Source: Megasphaera elsdenii DSM 20460
GTDB lineage: Bacteria > Bacillota > Negativicutes > Veillonellales > Megasphaeraceae
Assembly: GCF_003010495.1 (NCBI RefSeq)
Contig: NZ_CP027570.1
Span: 1,020,001 to 1,052,000, forward strand
Length of the DNA: 32,000 bases
Reading direction: 5' to 3'
Below the pieces are notes generated by a model. That model made no database searches. It was given only the letters and a program-made list of their open reading frames with translations, and was not told the origin of the DNA. Within the stretch, counting starts at the first letter, position 1, and each line of letters opens with the position of its first letter. Below, in pieces: positions 17,119 to 27,207 of the stretch. Made by a program: the position numbers and the translations under genes.

Positions 17119-18821
17119 CAGGCGTCACCTCCTAAAATCATGTCACTCAGTGCTTTGCCGCCAGGAACGGTCGGGTAGACCCGTTCGTCCTTAGAGATGC
17201 GGATATCAATCAAGGCCGGCCCCTGGTGGGCGAAAGCCTCGATTAGGATGGGGATTAACTCATCCTGTTTTTCAATGTGGTACCCTTTGACCCCCATCGA
17301 TTCGGCGAGCATAGGCAAATCCTTTTTCTTATTGAGCCGGCATTGGGAATAATGCTGGTTGTAGAAGAAGTCCTGGAGCTGGACGATCATGCCCAGCGTA
17401 TCGTTGTGCAAGACGATGACCTTGACGTCGATGTCGTACTGGGATAACGTCGCAAATTCCTGGCAATTCATGAGGATGCTGCCGTCACCGGAAAAGAGGA
17501 CGACTGTTTTGTCAGGACAGGCGACTTTAGCTCCTGCCGCAGCTGGCAGGCCGAAGCCCATCGTGCCCAGTCCGCCAGAAGTGATGAAGTGCTTCGGCTC
17601 GTCTGTCGTGAAGAATTGGGCGGCCCACATCTGATGCTGGCCGACGTCGGTAATGGCTACGGTGTCGTCATCGCGGGTAATGGCCCGGACGGCGGCGAAA
17701 ATTGACTGGGGTGAAATGCAGCCTGGACGCGGCGGCGTCGCGAAGGGGTGGTCTTTCTTCAGGATCAGGACGTGCTGACGCCATTCAGAGAAGGCCGTTT
17801 CGTAATCGAAGGAGCCTTCTTTCAATTTCTGAGCGAAAATAGGCAGGGACCAGCGGAGGTCGCCTTTGACGCCTAAGTCGATGTCGATGATCTTGTCGAT
17901 TTCGACATCATCGATTTCAAAATGGATGATCTGGGCATTGGGGGCGAACGTATCGGCCCGGCTGGTCAGGCGTTCGTCAAAGCGGGCGCCTAAAGCGATG
18001 AGCAGGTCGCAGCCGGAAATGGCTTTGTTCGATGCGTAAGCGCCGTGCATACCGCCCATTCCCAAGTGGAGCGGATGGGAGTCTGGCAGGGCCCCTTTGC
18101 CCATGAGGGTCGTGACGACGGGAATCTTTGTCGTATCGACGATGTCTTCGAGATACTTCGTCGTTTCCGACAAGATGACGCCGCCGCCGACGAGGAAGAC
18201 CGGTTTCTGGCTGTTGCGGATCATGGCGACGGCCCGGTCTATGTCATAGGTCTGCCCTTTGCTTTCTACTCTGTATCCGGGCAGGTGGACCGTATCGGGA
18301 TACTCGAAGTCGATTTCTGCTTCCAGGGCATCCTTGGCGATGTCGATGAGGACAGGTCCGGGACGGCCTGTCGACGCAATGTAAAAGGCTTCTTTCAGGA
18401 CCCGCGGGATAGACGCGGCGTTCTTGACCAAGTAATTGTGCTTGGTAATGGGCGACGTGATCCCGGAAATATCGGCTTCCTGGAAGGAGTCGCGCCCGAT
18501 GAGGTTCGTCGGGACCTGGCCGCTGATGATGACCATGGGGATAGAATCCATATTGGCTGTGGCAATGCCTGTAACCATGTTGCAGATCCCAGGCCCGGAG
18601 GTGGCGATGCAGACGCCGGGCCGGCCGGTAACGCGGGCGTAACCGTCGGCAGCGTGGACCGCACCTTGTTCATGACCGGTAAGGATGTGCCGGAAGTTGT
18701 CTTTATACATTTCTTCGTATAGCGGCAGGATAGCCCCTCCGGGATAGCCGAAGACGACGTCGACGCCTTCCCGCTTCAAACATTCCAACACAGCCCTTGC
18801 CCCTGTCATTCTCATCATCAT
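17118..18821 (-). CDS. ilvB: Acetolactate synthase large subunit (ThDP-dependent)
   Basis: 567 aa. Motifs GYPGGAILP and HEQGAxHAADGYAR, plus ThDP motif GDGS...N. Four in-frame ATGs occur within 12 nt, so the exact start is uncertain (18809-18821). Confidence 0.9.
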   Translation of the reverse strand: MMMRMTGARAVLECLKREGVDVVFGYPGGAILPLYEEMYKDNFRHILTGHEQGAVHAADGYARVTGRPGVCIATSGPGICNMVTGIATANMDSIPMVIISGQVPTNLIGRDSFQEADISGITSPITKHNYLVKNAASIPRVLKEAFYIASTGRPGPVLIDIAKDALEAEIDFEYPDTVHLPGYRVESKGQTYDIDRAVAMIRNSQKPVFLVGGGVILSETTKYLEDIVDTTKIPVVTTLMGKGALPDSHPLHLGMGGMHGAYASNKAISGCDLLIALGARFDERLTSRADTFAPNAQIIHFEIDDVEIDKIIDIDLGVKGDLRWSLPIFAQKLKEGSFDYETAFSEWRQHVLILKKDHPFATPPRPGCISPQSIFAAVRAITRDDDTVAITDVGQHQMWAAQFFTTDEPKHFITSGGLGTMGFGLPAAAGAKVACPDKTVVLFSGDGSILMNCQEFATLSQYDIDVKVIVLHNDTLGMIVQLQDFFYNQHYSQCRLNKKKDLPMLAESMGVKGYHIEKQDELIPILIEAFAHQGPALIDIRISKDERVYPTVPGGKALSDMILGGDA

Positions 18822-18947
18822 TCACCTCTAGCCTTACTCATACTTGCAGAAAAGTTAATTACTATCAATTATATTCTTGAGTTTGATGCTTGAAGTTTGA
18901 TGTTGAAACTTACTTCAAACTCCAAACATCAAACTTCAAACTATGTC

Positions 18948-20292
<1,345 letters not shown>

Positions 20293-20334
20293 CAAATATT
20301 TCGCTTCACGGTTTGTTCCTTGAAGCTTGAACAC

Positions 20335-20363
20335 ATTGTACGCAATTTGGAGACCGATGTCAA
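20335..20363 (-). promoter_or_regulatory. Sigma-70-type promoter of the ilv operon
   Basis: The minus strand reads TTGACA-17 nt-TACAAT, about 40 nt upstream of the T-box leader. Confidence 0.6.
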
Positions 20364-20452
20364 GACATATTGCAATAAAATTTTAAAAATAAAACAGGTT
20401 AAACGTTAAATGATTAGGCAAGACGTTTTAGCAGTTAGGGATTAGCAGTCAG

Positions 20453-20496
20453 CCCCTAACCCCTAGCCCCTAGCCACGAACAACGAACAACGAACA
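20453..20496. repeat. Heptamer arrays CCCCTAA/CCCCTAG/CCCCTAG followed by (ACGAACA)x3
   Basis: Counted directly. Confidence 0.9.
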
Positions 20497-20583
20497 ACCT
20501 AAAAAGGGGTTGTCGCACGAAGGCTTCTGCCATCATGCAAGGGCCCTTTTTCTTAAATGTTTGAGGTTTGATGTATGATGTTT

Positions 20584-20634
20584 GAGGCGATGGCTTTTAA
20601 ATTTTGTCCCCTCCACATCAAACTTTCAACTTCA
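20584..20634. repeat. Second copy of the roughly 52-bp terminator-adjacent element
   Basis: GAGGCGATGGCTTTTAAATTTTGTCCCCTCCACATCAAACTTTCAACTTC. Confidence 0.85.
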
Positions 20635-20646
20635 AACTTCAAACTC

Positions 20647-20681
20647 AAAAAGGGCTTGCCGCTGTGCGACAAGCCTTTTTT
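20647..20681 (-). terminator. Rho-independent terminator of cstA copy 1
   Basis: Minus strand: GGCTTGTCGC-ACA-GCGGCAAGCC(C) followed by TTTTT, directly after the stop codon. Confidence 0.8.
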
Positions 20682-22559
20682 CTAATGATGATCAACTGTA
20701 AGTTCTTTGAAGCGTTTGGCGACCGGGTCGGTCTTGATGAGTTCTTCCAGGTGTTTCAGTTCTTCTGCTTCTACGGTTTCAGTTGTATCGTAGCTAGGCG
20801 GTACGGTCTTAGCCAGGTACAGGCATCTTCTGATGGAGGAGATGCTGACGATGATGACCAGGAGTGCCATGATAGCCGATACGATGAAGAGGAGCCATTC
20901 CTGCTTGGGCAGGTAGATGTTGAACATGTTGAGGTAATCAGCCCAGAAGATAACGACGGTCAGGAAAGCCCAGGGGATGATGGTGACCCAGGCAAAGCGG
21001 GCTTTACCCATGGAGCAGATGACAACTGTCGAGATGGCCAGGGTGATGATGGCCAGCAGCTGGTTGGATACCCCGAAGATAGGCCAGATAGTGGACAAGT
21101 TCCCTTGGAGGACGATGTAACCCCATGCGCCGGAAATCAGAGCCGATGCGATGATAGCGCCAGGCAGCCAATGGGGATCGCCGAACTTCGGCCATACGCG
21201 GCCAATGAGTTCCTGGAGCATGTAACGGCCAACACGGGTACCCGCATCGATGATGGTCATGATGAACAGGGCTTCAAACATGATGCAGAAGTGATACCAG
21301 TAGTTCATGAGGTGGTCGAGGCCAGGGATGTTGGAGAAGATGAAGGCCATGCCGACAGCCAGGGAAACGGCACCGCCAGGACGATGGGCGACGTTTTCAC
21401 CGACCATGGCATTCAGCTGGGGCAGGTCGACGACCTGGATGCCCAGGGCCTGGAAATGTTCAGCCGACGAGTTGATAGCGAAATAGTCGTTCGGTACGAG
21501 CGAGCAGGCTGCGATCAGAGCCATCATGCCGACGAAGGATTCCGTCAGCATAGCGCCGTAGCCAACAGGCAGGATGGAGCGTTCGTTCATGAGCATCTTC
21601 GGCGTCGTGCCGGTAGAAATCATGCAGTGGAAGCCGGAAACAGCACCGCAGGCGATGGTGATGAAGATATACGGCAGGACAGGGCCGGTGATGACCGGGC
21701 CGCCGCCAGCGCAGAACTGGGTGATAGCCGGCATCTGGACTGTCGGGCCGACGATGATGATGCCGATGGCCAGGGCGCCGATGGTACCAATCTTCATGTA
21801 TGTCGAAAGATAATCACGGGGAGCCAGGAGCAGCCATACCGGAAGGGCGGCAGCTACGAAGCCGTAAATGATGAGGGCGATGGAAATGCCTTTGGCGCTG
21901 ATCGTAAACAGCGGTGCCAGCGTCGGCGAAGCCTGGACGGCCGGGCCAAGGACGACGGCCAGCAAAGTCAGGGCGACACCGATGATGGTGCCTTCTTTAA
22001 TGCGGCCAGGACGCAGGAACTGCATGTAGAGGCCGATGAAGATGGCGATAGGGATGGTCATGCCGATCGTAAATGTACCCCAAGGGCTGTCGTGCAGGGC
22101 GTTGACGATGACGACGGCCATGCCGGCCATGGCCAGGATGTTGAGGAACAAGACGGCAAAGGACGTTGCCAGACCAGTTTTGTCACCGATTTGGGCTTTT
22201 GCGATTTCAGCGATGGACTTGCCATCATAACGCATGGAGCAGAAGAGGATGACCATGTCGTGGACGGCACCGGCGAGGACCCCACCGATGAGAATCCATA
22301 AGGCGCCGGGCAGATAACCGAACTGAGCGGCAATGACCGGGCCTACGAGCGGGCCGGCACCGGCGATAGCGGCGAAGTGATGGCCGAAGACGACGTACTT
22401 ATTGGTCGGCACGTAGTCGTGACCGTCTTCGAAGCGGAAGGCCGGTGTGACCTTGTACTGGTTGACCGTCAAGACTTTGGCGGCAATGAAAGCGCCATAG
22501 AAACGGTAGGCCAGTACGAATACTAATGCAGAGATGATAACTAAATACAAACCATTCAT
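20682..22559 (-). CDS. cstA: Carbon starvation protein A family transporter (CstA/BtsT-type pyruvate-peptide transporter), copy 1
   Basis: 625 aa and highly polytopic. N-terminus MNGLYLVIISALVFVLAYRFYG...VPTNKYVVFGHHFAAIAGAGPLVGP is the CstA signature. SD AAAGGAGGG. Confidence 0.9.
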   Translation of the reverse strand: MNGLYLVIISALVFVLAYRFYGAFIAAKVLTVNQYKVTPAFRFEDGHDYVPTNKYVVFGHHFAAIAGAGPLVGPVIAAQFGYLPGALWILIGGVLAGAVHDMVILFCSMRYDGKSIAEIAKAQIGDKTGLATSFAVLFLNILAMAGMAVVIVNALHDSPWGTFTIGMTIPIAIFIGLYMQFLRPGRIKEGTIIGVALTLLAVVLGPAVQASPTLAPLFTISAKGISIALIIYGFVAAALPVWLLLAPRDYLSTYMKIGTIGALAIGIIIVGPTVQMPAITQFCAGGGPVITGPVLPYIFITIACGAVSGFHCMISTGTTPKMLMNERSILPVGYGAMLTESFVGMMALIAACSLVPNDYFAINSSAEHFQALGIQVVDLPQLNAMVGENVAHRPGGAVSLAVGMAFIFSNIPGLDHLMNYWYHFCIMFEALFIMTIIDAGTRVGRYMLQELIGRVWPKFGDPHWLPGAIIASALISGAWGYIVLQGNLSTIWPIFGVSNQLLAIITLAISTVVICSMGKARFAWVTIIPWAFLTVVIFWADYLNMFNIYLPKQEWLLFIVSAIMALLVIIVSISSIRRCLYLAKTVPPSYDTTETVEAEELKHLEELIKTDPVAKRFKELTVDHH

Positions 22560-22697
22560 AAAACAATCCCTCCTTTATAAAATTGTGTGTAGGGTTACTC
22601 TACTTCCCACGGATCCGAAGCTATACTTATTCCTTATGGGTATAATATGAATTGTGTATCGCACGAGAAATAAAGTATACACTGTACTTATACATTT

Positions 22698-22726
22698 ACT
22701 ATAGGACAAAGGAAGGGAAAATTCAA
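22698..22726 (-). promoter_or_regulatory. Candidate promoter of cstA copy 1
   Basis: The minus strand reads TTGAAT-17 nt-TATAGT in an AT-rich region, about 135 nt upstream of the start codon. Confidence 0.4.
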
Positions 22727-22913
22727 GTTACTTATAGTAAAGATTACATAAATATCATGAATAAAATTCATAATAAATATAATGGAACGTTATAAAATAG
22801 CTGTTTTCCTTGCGTAAAGGGCATTTTGAATATATTATCAATGGGCAATAATGCCCTTTATGCATTATTGCCAGCGGCTCATGATTCGTGGTTCGTGGCT
22901 CGTAGGGGCTCTC

Positions 22914-22951
<38 letters not shown>

Positions 22952-22956
22952 ATCGA

Positions 22957-24849
22957 GTAGGAGGGATTTCTGAGTAGAAATCCCGACCTCTCACACCACC
23001 GTGCGTACCGTTCGGTACACGGCGGTTTCCTAGTTTTCGCATACTTGCTTGTAATAGCTCGTCATGGTTATGTAGCCAAGGCGGGCTATTTCTTTATTCG
23101 TAAGAACTGAGTTCAGCATTGCCGCTGCTCGCCACGGACCTTTTCGGCAGTTAGCCATTTCCAACACTACCCACTTGGGCGCGCCGTATTGGCTTATCAT
23201 CCGGTGTTTCGTCCGTACCTTCTTCCATTGTTTCCAGTATATGGTTCGTATTTTGCGTCGAATCCATCTGTCAATTTGAATTAGCAGTTCCTTCATATTC
23301 GCTAGTTTAAAGTAATTCACCCATCCCTTTATGAATCGTTTCAATAGAAGGGCTCTCACTTCGTTTCCTTTTCCATTGCTTCGTTTCAATATAAACCGCA
23401 AACGGTCTTTCATCTTAGTAATGGATTTCGGATGCACCCGGAGTCGGCATTTTCCATTCTTTCGGTAGAAGCCATATCCCAGATATTTAACATAGCGGAT
23501 GTGGGCTACGTGCGTCTTATTTCGATTCACCTTGAGAAATAATTTCTTCTCAATATATCGAGTGATGCTTTCCAAGGTCCTTTCGGCACTTCTTCTGCTT
23601 TTGCAGAGTATCATGCAGTCATCTGCATAGCGGACAAATTTATGTCCGCGCCGTTCCAGCTCCTTATCCAGCTCATTCAGCATGATGTTACTCAAGAGCG
23701 GACTCAATGGCCCTCCTTGGGGAACCCCCTGTTCACTTCGTTCGAACATCCCATGCCGGATAACACCAGCATGGAGATATTGGTGTATCAGCGAGATGAC
23801 CCGGCCGTCTTTTACGCTCCTTGACAGAACTTCTATCAATTTGCTTTGGCAGACATTGTCGAAAAATTTCTCCAAGTCCATGTCTACGACGTAGACATAG
23901 CCCTCATCTGCATAGGCCTGGCATTGTTTCAACGCATCGTGGGCGCCCCGTTTGGGACGGAACCCGAAACTGCTATCTGAAAACTGTGGCTCGTAGATAG
24001 GCACAAGAACCTGCGTAATCGCCTGTTGTATCATGCGGTCTACGACCGTAGGGATTCCTAATTTCCGGAATTTCCCTTTTTCCTCTTTGGGTATTTCAAC
24101 CCGACGGACTGGCTGGGGCTTATATTTCCCATTCCGTATTTGCTGAAGGAGGTCCAGGCGATGTTCCCGCAGGTAGGGTAGAAGTTCATCTACACTCATC
24201 CTGTCGACCCCGCCGGTTCCTCGATTAGACTTTACCTTCTTATAGGCACCATTTAAGTTGTCTCGTGATAAAATCTGCTTCAACAGACTGTCCGCTGGCA
24301 AGCTTGCAATGATGTCGTTGTGTTCAGCAATCCTCGCATGGGCAGACGCTTCCACATATCCCGGTTGTTCCGCAACCTCTTTTTGTGGACAGCCTTCTTG
24401 ATGAAGTTTTCTGTCTTTCATTCCATGATTGGTTACTTTCATTAACTAACATCTCCTAGGATTCGGCCCTTTCCTCATGGTCTATAGCCCATAAGGTACT
24501 ATGGCCTCGGCTGACTCCTCATGATAAATCTTATTTCAACCATGATGTCCAATCTATATGGCACCATCATGTCCATGAGGCCTCCCCGGGTAAGAACGCA
24601 CTCTTTCTCTCCATGTGTCTGCCACATCTACTATTCATGGTTCCGTGTAGCTATGGGACTTCAACCTGTTAGGCGGCCTTATCCCCATGACTAGCCTTAT
24701 GTGATTTCTGTTCGTCAGACCAGAGATTTGCCTCGACCTTCCTTCAGATTCCATCTCACGATGGACACCCTTGGTTCTGGCTATAGCCTTCCCGCTACCG
24801 GGCGGCTTAGGGACTTTCACCCATTAGAGTGCGCCCATGCCGGGCGCAC
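22957..24849 (-). mobile_element. Complete group II intron (about 1.9 kb, class IIC-like) with an intron-encoded RT/maturase
   Basis: The minus-strand 5' end GTGCG starts at 24849, 2-3 nt after a terminator T-run. A Domain V-like hairpin AACCGCCGUGUACC-GAAC-GGUACGCACGGUGGU is at plus 22995-23027, followed by a domain VI-like hairpin ending ...CCUAC near 22957. The RT ORF sits in between. GC content is lower than the flanks. Boundaries are good to about +/-10 nt. Confidence 0.8.
23030..24442 (-). CDS. Group II intron reverse transcriptase/maturase (no HNH endonuclease domain seen)
   Basis: 470 aa. RT blocks include PQGGPLSPLLSN and YADDCMILC (YADD). The maturase/X region is WVNYFKLA...RKIR. 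No CxxC/HNH cluster is present at the C-terminus. Confidence 0.9.
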   Translation of the reverse strand: MKVTNHGMKDRKLHQEGCPQKEVAEQPGYVEASAHARIAEHNDIIASLPADSLLKQILSRDNLNGAYKKVKSNRGTGGVDRMSVDELLPYLREHRLDLLQQIRNGKYKPQPVRRVEIPKEEKGKFRKLGIPTVVDRMIQQAITQVLVPIYEPQFSDSSFGFRPKRGAHDALKQCQAYADEGYVYVVDMDLEKFFDNVCQSKLIEVLSRSVKDGRVISLIHQYLHAGVIRHGMFERSEQGVPQGGPLSPLLSNIMLNELDKELERRGHKFVRYADDCMILCKSRRSAERTLESITRYIEKKLFLKVNRNKTHVAHIRYVKYLGYGFYRKNGKCRLRVHPKSITKMKDRLRFILKRSNGKGNEVRALLLKRFIKGWVNYFKLANMKELLIQIDRWIRRKIRTIYWKQWKKVRTKHRMISQYGAPKWVVLEMANCRKGPWRAAAMLNSVLTNKEIARLGYITMTSYYKQVCEN

Positions 24850-24851
24850 CT

Positions 24852-24886
24852 AAAAAAGGCTTGCCGCATACGCGACAAGCCTTTTT
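24852..24886 (-). terminator. Rho-independent terminator of cstA copy 2 (and apparent intron target structure)
   Basis: Minus strand: GGCTTGTCGC-GTAT-GCGGCAAGCC followed by TTTTTT, then AG and the intron 5' GTGCG. Confidence 0.8.
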
Positions 24887-24896
24887 ATACTCGCTC

Positions 24897-26774
24897 TTAG
24901 TGATGAGCAATCGTCAGTTCCTGGAAACGCTGAGCGGCTTTATCCGTCTTAACGAGTTCCTGGAGATGTTTGAGTTCTTCTGCTTCGACAGTTTCTGTCG
25001 TGTCATAGCTGGCCGGTACGGTCTTAGCCAGGTAGATGCATCTACGGATAGCACCGATAGCTACGATGATGACCAGGACAGCCATGATGATGGAGACTGT
25101 GAACATCGTCCATTCGCCTTTCGGCAGATAGATTTCAAAGATGTTCAGGAAGTCAGCCCAGAAAATCATGACCATCAGGAAAGCCCAGGGAAGACCTGTA
25201 ACCCAGAGGTAACGGGCTTTGCCCATGGAGCAGATGACAACCGACGAAATGGAGAGGGCGATGATGGCCAGCAGCTGGTTGGATACACCGAAGATCGGCC
25301 AGATGGTGGACAAGTTGCCATTCAATACGAGGTAACCCCATGCTGCGCAGATCAAAGCCGAGGCTACGATAGCGCCCGGTTTCCAGTTCGGGTCACCGAA
25401 TTTCGGCCATACGTGGCCGACGAGTTCCTGGAGCATATAACGGCCGACACGGGTACCGGCATCGATGATGGTCATGATGAAGAGGGCTTCAAACATGATG
25501 CAGAAATGATACCAGTAGTTCATGAGATGGTCGAGGCCAGGCAGGTTGGAGAAGATGTAAGCCATGCCGACAGCCAGGGAAACAGCACCGCCCGGACGAT
25601 GAGCAACGTTTTCACCGACCATTTCGTTCAGGTGCGGCAGGTCGACGACCTGGATGCCCAGGGCCTGGAAATGAGCAGCCGAAGAGTTGATGGCGAAGTA
25701 ATCGTTCGGTACGAGGGCGCAGGCTGCAATCAGAGCCATCATAGCGACGAAGGATTCAGTAACCATAGCACCATAGCCGACAGGCAGGATAGAGCGTTCG
25801 TTCATGAGCATCTTCGGCGTCGTGCCGGTGGAAATCATGGAATGGAAACCAGAAACAGCACCGCAGGCGATGGTGACGAAGATGTACGGAAGGACTGAAC
25901 CGGTGATGACCGGGCCGCCGCCAGCGCAGAACTGCGTCGTTGCCGGCATCTGGATCTGCGGGCCTACGATGAGGATGCCGAGAGCCAGGGCACCGATAGT
26001 ACCGATTTTCATGTACGTAGAGAGGTAATCACGCGGAGCCAGGAGCAGCCATACCGGAAGGGCAGCTGCGATGAAACCGTAGATGATCAAGGCAATGCAA
26101 ATGCCGTTGTGGCTGATCGTGAACAGCGGAGCCAGCGTCGGCGAAGCCTGGACGGCAGGACCAGCGACGACAGCCAGCAAGGTGAGGACAACGCCGATGA
26201 TGGTGCCTTCCTTGATTTTGCCAGGACGCAGGAACTGCATGTAGAGGCCGATGAAGATAGCGATAGGAATGGTCATGCCGATGGTGAAAGTACCCCACGG
26301 GCTGTTAGCCAGGGCGTTGGCGATAACGACGGCCATACCAGCCATGCAGAGGATATTCAGGAAGAGGACGGCGAAGGAAGTAGCAACGCCTGTCTTCTGG
26401 CCAATCTGTGCTTTTGCGATTTCGGCGATGGATTTACCATCGTAACGCATGGAGCAGAAGAGGATGACCATGTCATGGACAGCACCGGCGAGGACACCAC
26501 CGATGAGAATCCATAAGGCGCCGGGCAGATAACCGAACTGGGCGGCGATGACCGGGCCTACGAGCGGGCCCGCACCGGCGATAGCGGCGAAGTGATGGCC
26601 GAAGACGACGTACTTGTTGGTCGGTACGTAGTCGTGACCGTCTTCAAAGCGGAAGGCCGGTGTGACTTTGTACTGGTTCAGCGTCAAGACTTTGGCAGCG
26701 ATGAACGCACCGTAAAAACGGTAAGCCAGTACGAACACTAAGGCTGAAATAATAACGAGATACAAACCGTTCAT
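24897..26774 (-). CDS. cstA: CstA family transporter, copy 2 (tandem paralog)
   Basis: 625 aa from ATG 26774 (SD AAAGGAGG). The first 50 residues are nearly identical to copy 1. Scattered substitutions occur throughout and the C-terminal tail diverges. Confidence 0.9.
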   Translation of the reverse strand: MNGLYLVIISALVFVLAYRFYGAFIAAKVLTLNQYKVTPAFRFEDGHDYVPTNKYVVFGHHFAAIAGAGPLVGPVIAAQFGYLPGALWILIGGVLAGAVHDMVILFCSMRYDGKSIAEIAKAQIGQKTGVATSFAVLFLNILCMAGMAVVIANALANSPWGTFTIGMTIPIAIFIGLYMQFLRPGKIKEGTIIGVVLTLLAVVAGPAVQASPTLAPLFTISHNGICIALIIYGFIAAALPVWLLLAPRDYLSTYMKIGTIGALALGILIVGPQIQMPATTQFCAGGGPVITGSVLPYIFVTIACGAVSGFHSMISTGTTPKMLMNERSILPVGYGAMVTESFVAMMALIAACALVPNDYFAINSSAAHFQALGIQVVDLPHLNEMVGENVAHRPGGAVSLAVGMAYIFSNLPGLDHLMNYWYHFCIMFEALFIMTIIDAGTRVGRYMLQELVGHVWPKFGDPNWKPGAIVASALICAAWGYLVLNGNLSTIWPIFGVSNQLLAIIALSISSVVICSMGKARYLWVTGLPWAFLMVMIFWADFLNIFEIYLPKGEWTMFTVSIIMAVLVIIVAIGAIRRCIYLAKTVPASYDTTETVEAEELKHLQELVKTDKAAQRFQELTIAHH

Positions 26775-27146
26775 ACAAAAAGAACCTCCTTTGAGAAATA
26801 GTATGCGTGCAACCCTTTCCGTATGAAACAAAATGATACCGACGTACAATGCTTGGAAATGGTATACACTACATTACGCTCCCTTATTATAGAGCACTTT
26901 CTCTGAATTGCAAGATGTACACCCAGCATAGTATACTGATTTACTATAACTCAAAATGCATTATTAAATTATAATTTGTTATAGTAAGCGTTTTCATACC
27001 ATATATAGAGATAAATGCTTAGTTTACATACTAAATGATGTATTTAATTACTAAAAGTCATATAAATAAATACCGACATAGCGATTTTTCATAGGTATTG
27101 CGAATCGAAAAGTTAAACCTTTTACCCTAGCCACGGACAGTGGACA

Positions 27147-27155
27147 ATGCTATAA
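27147..27155 (+). promoter_or_regulatory. Candidate extended -10 (TGcTATAAT) for the Fe-ADH gene
   Basis: TGCTATAAT lies 53 nt upstream of ATG 27208. Confidence 0.35.
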
Positions 27156-27207
27156 TAACCATAGCATTTGAACTCATCTTTTTCCATTATCACAGGAGGT
27201 TTTTATC

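Noticed and set aside
20604-22301. 565-aa plus-strand ORF antisense to cstA copy 1. Similar ORFs are 24837-25898 and 26109-26516, antisense to cstA copy 2.
   Set aside because: These are shadow ORFs of a high-GC3 gene on the opposite strand. Their D/G/R/A-rich low-complexity translation has no recognisable motifs and no SD. They start inside terminator or repeat sequence, and the opposite strand has an unmistakable CstA signature.
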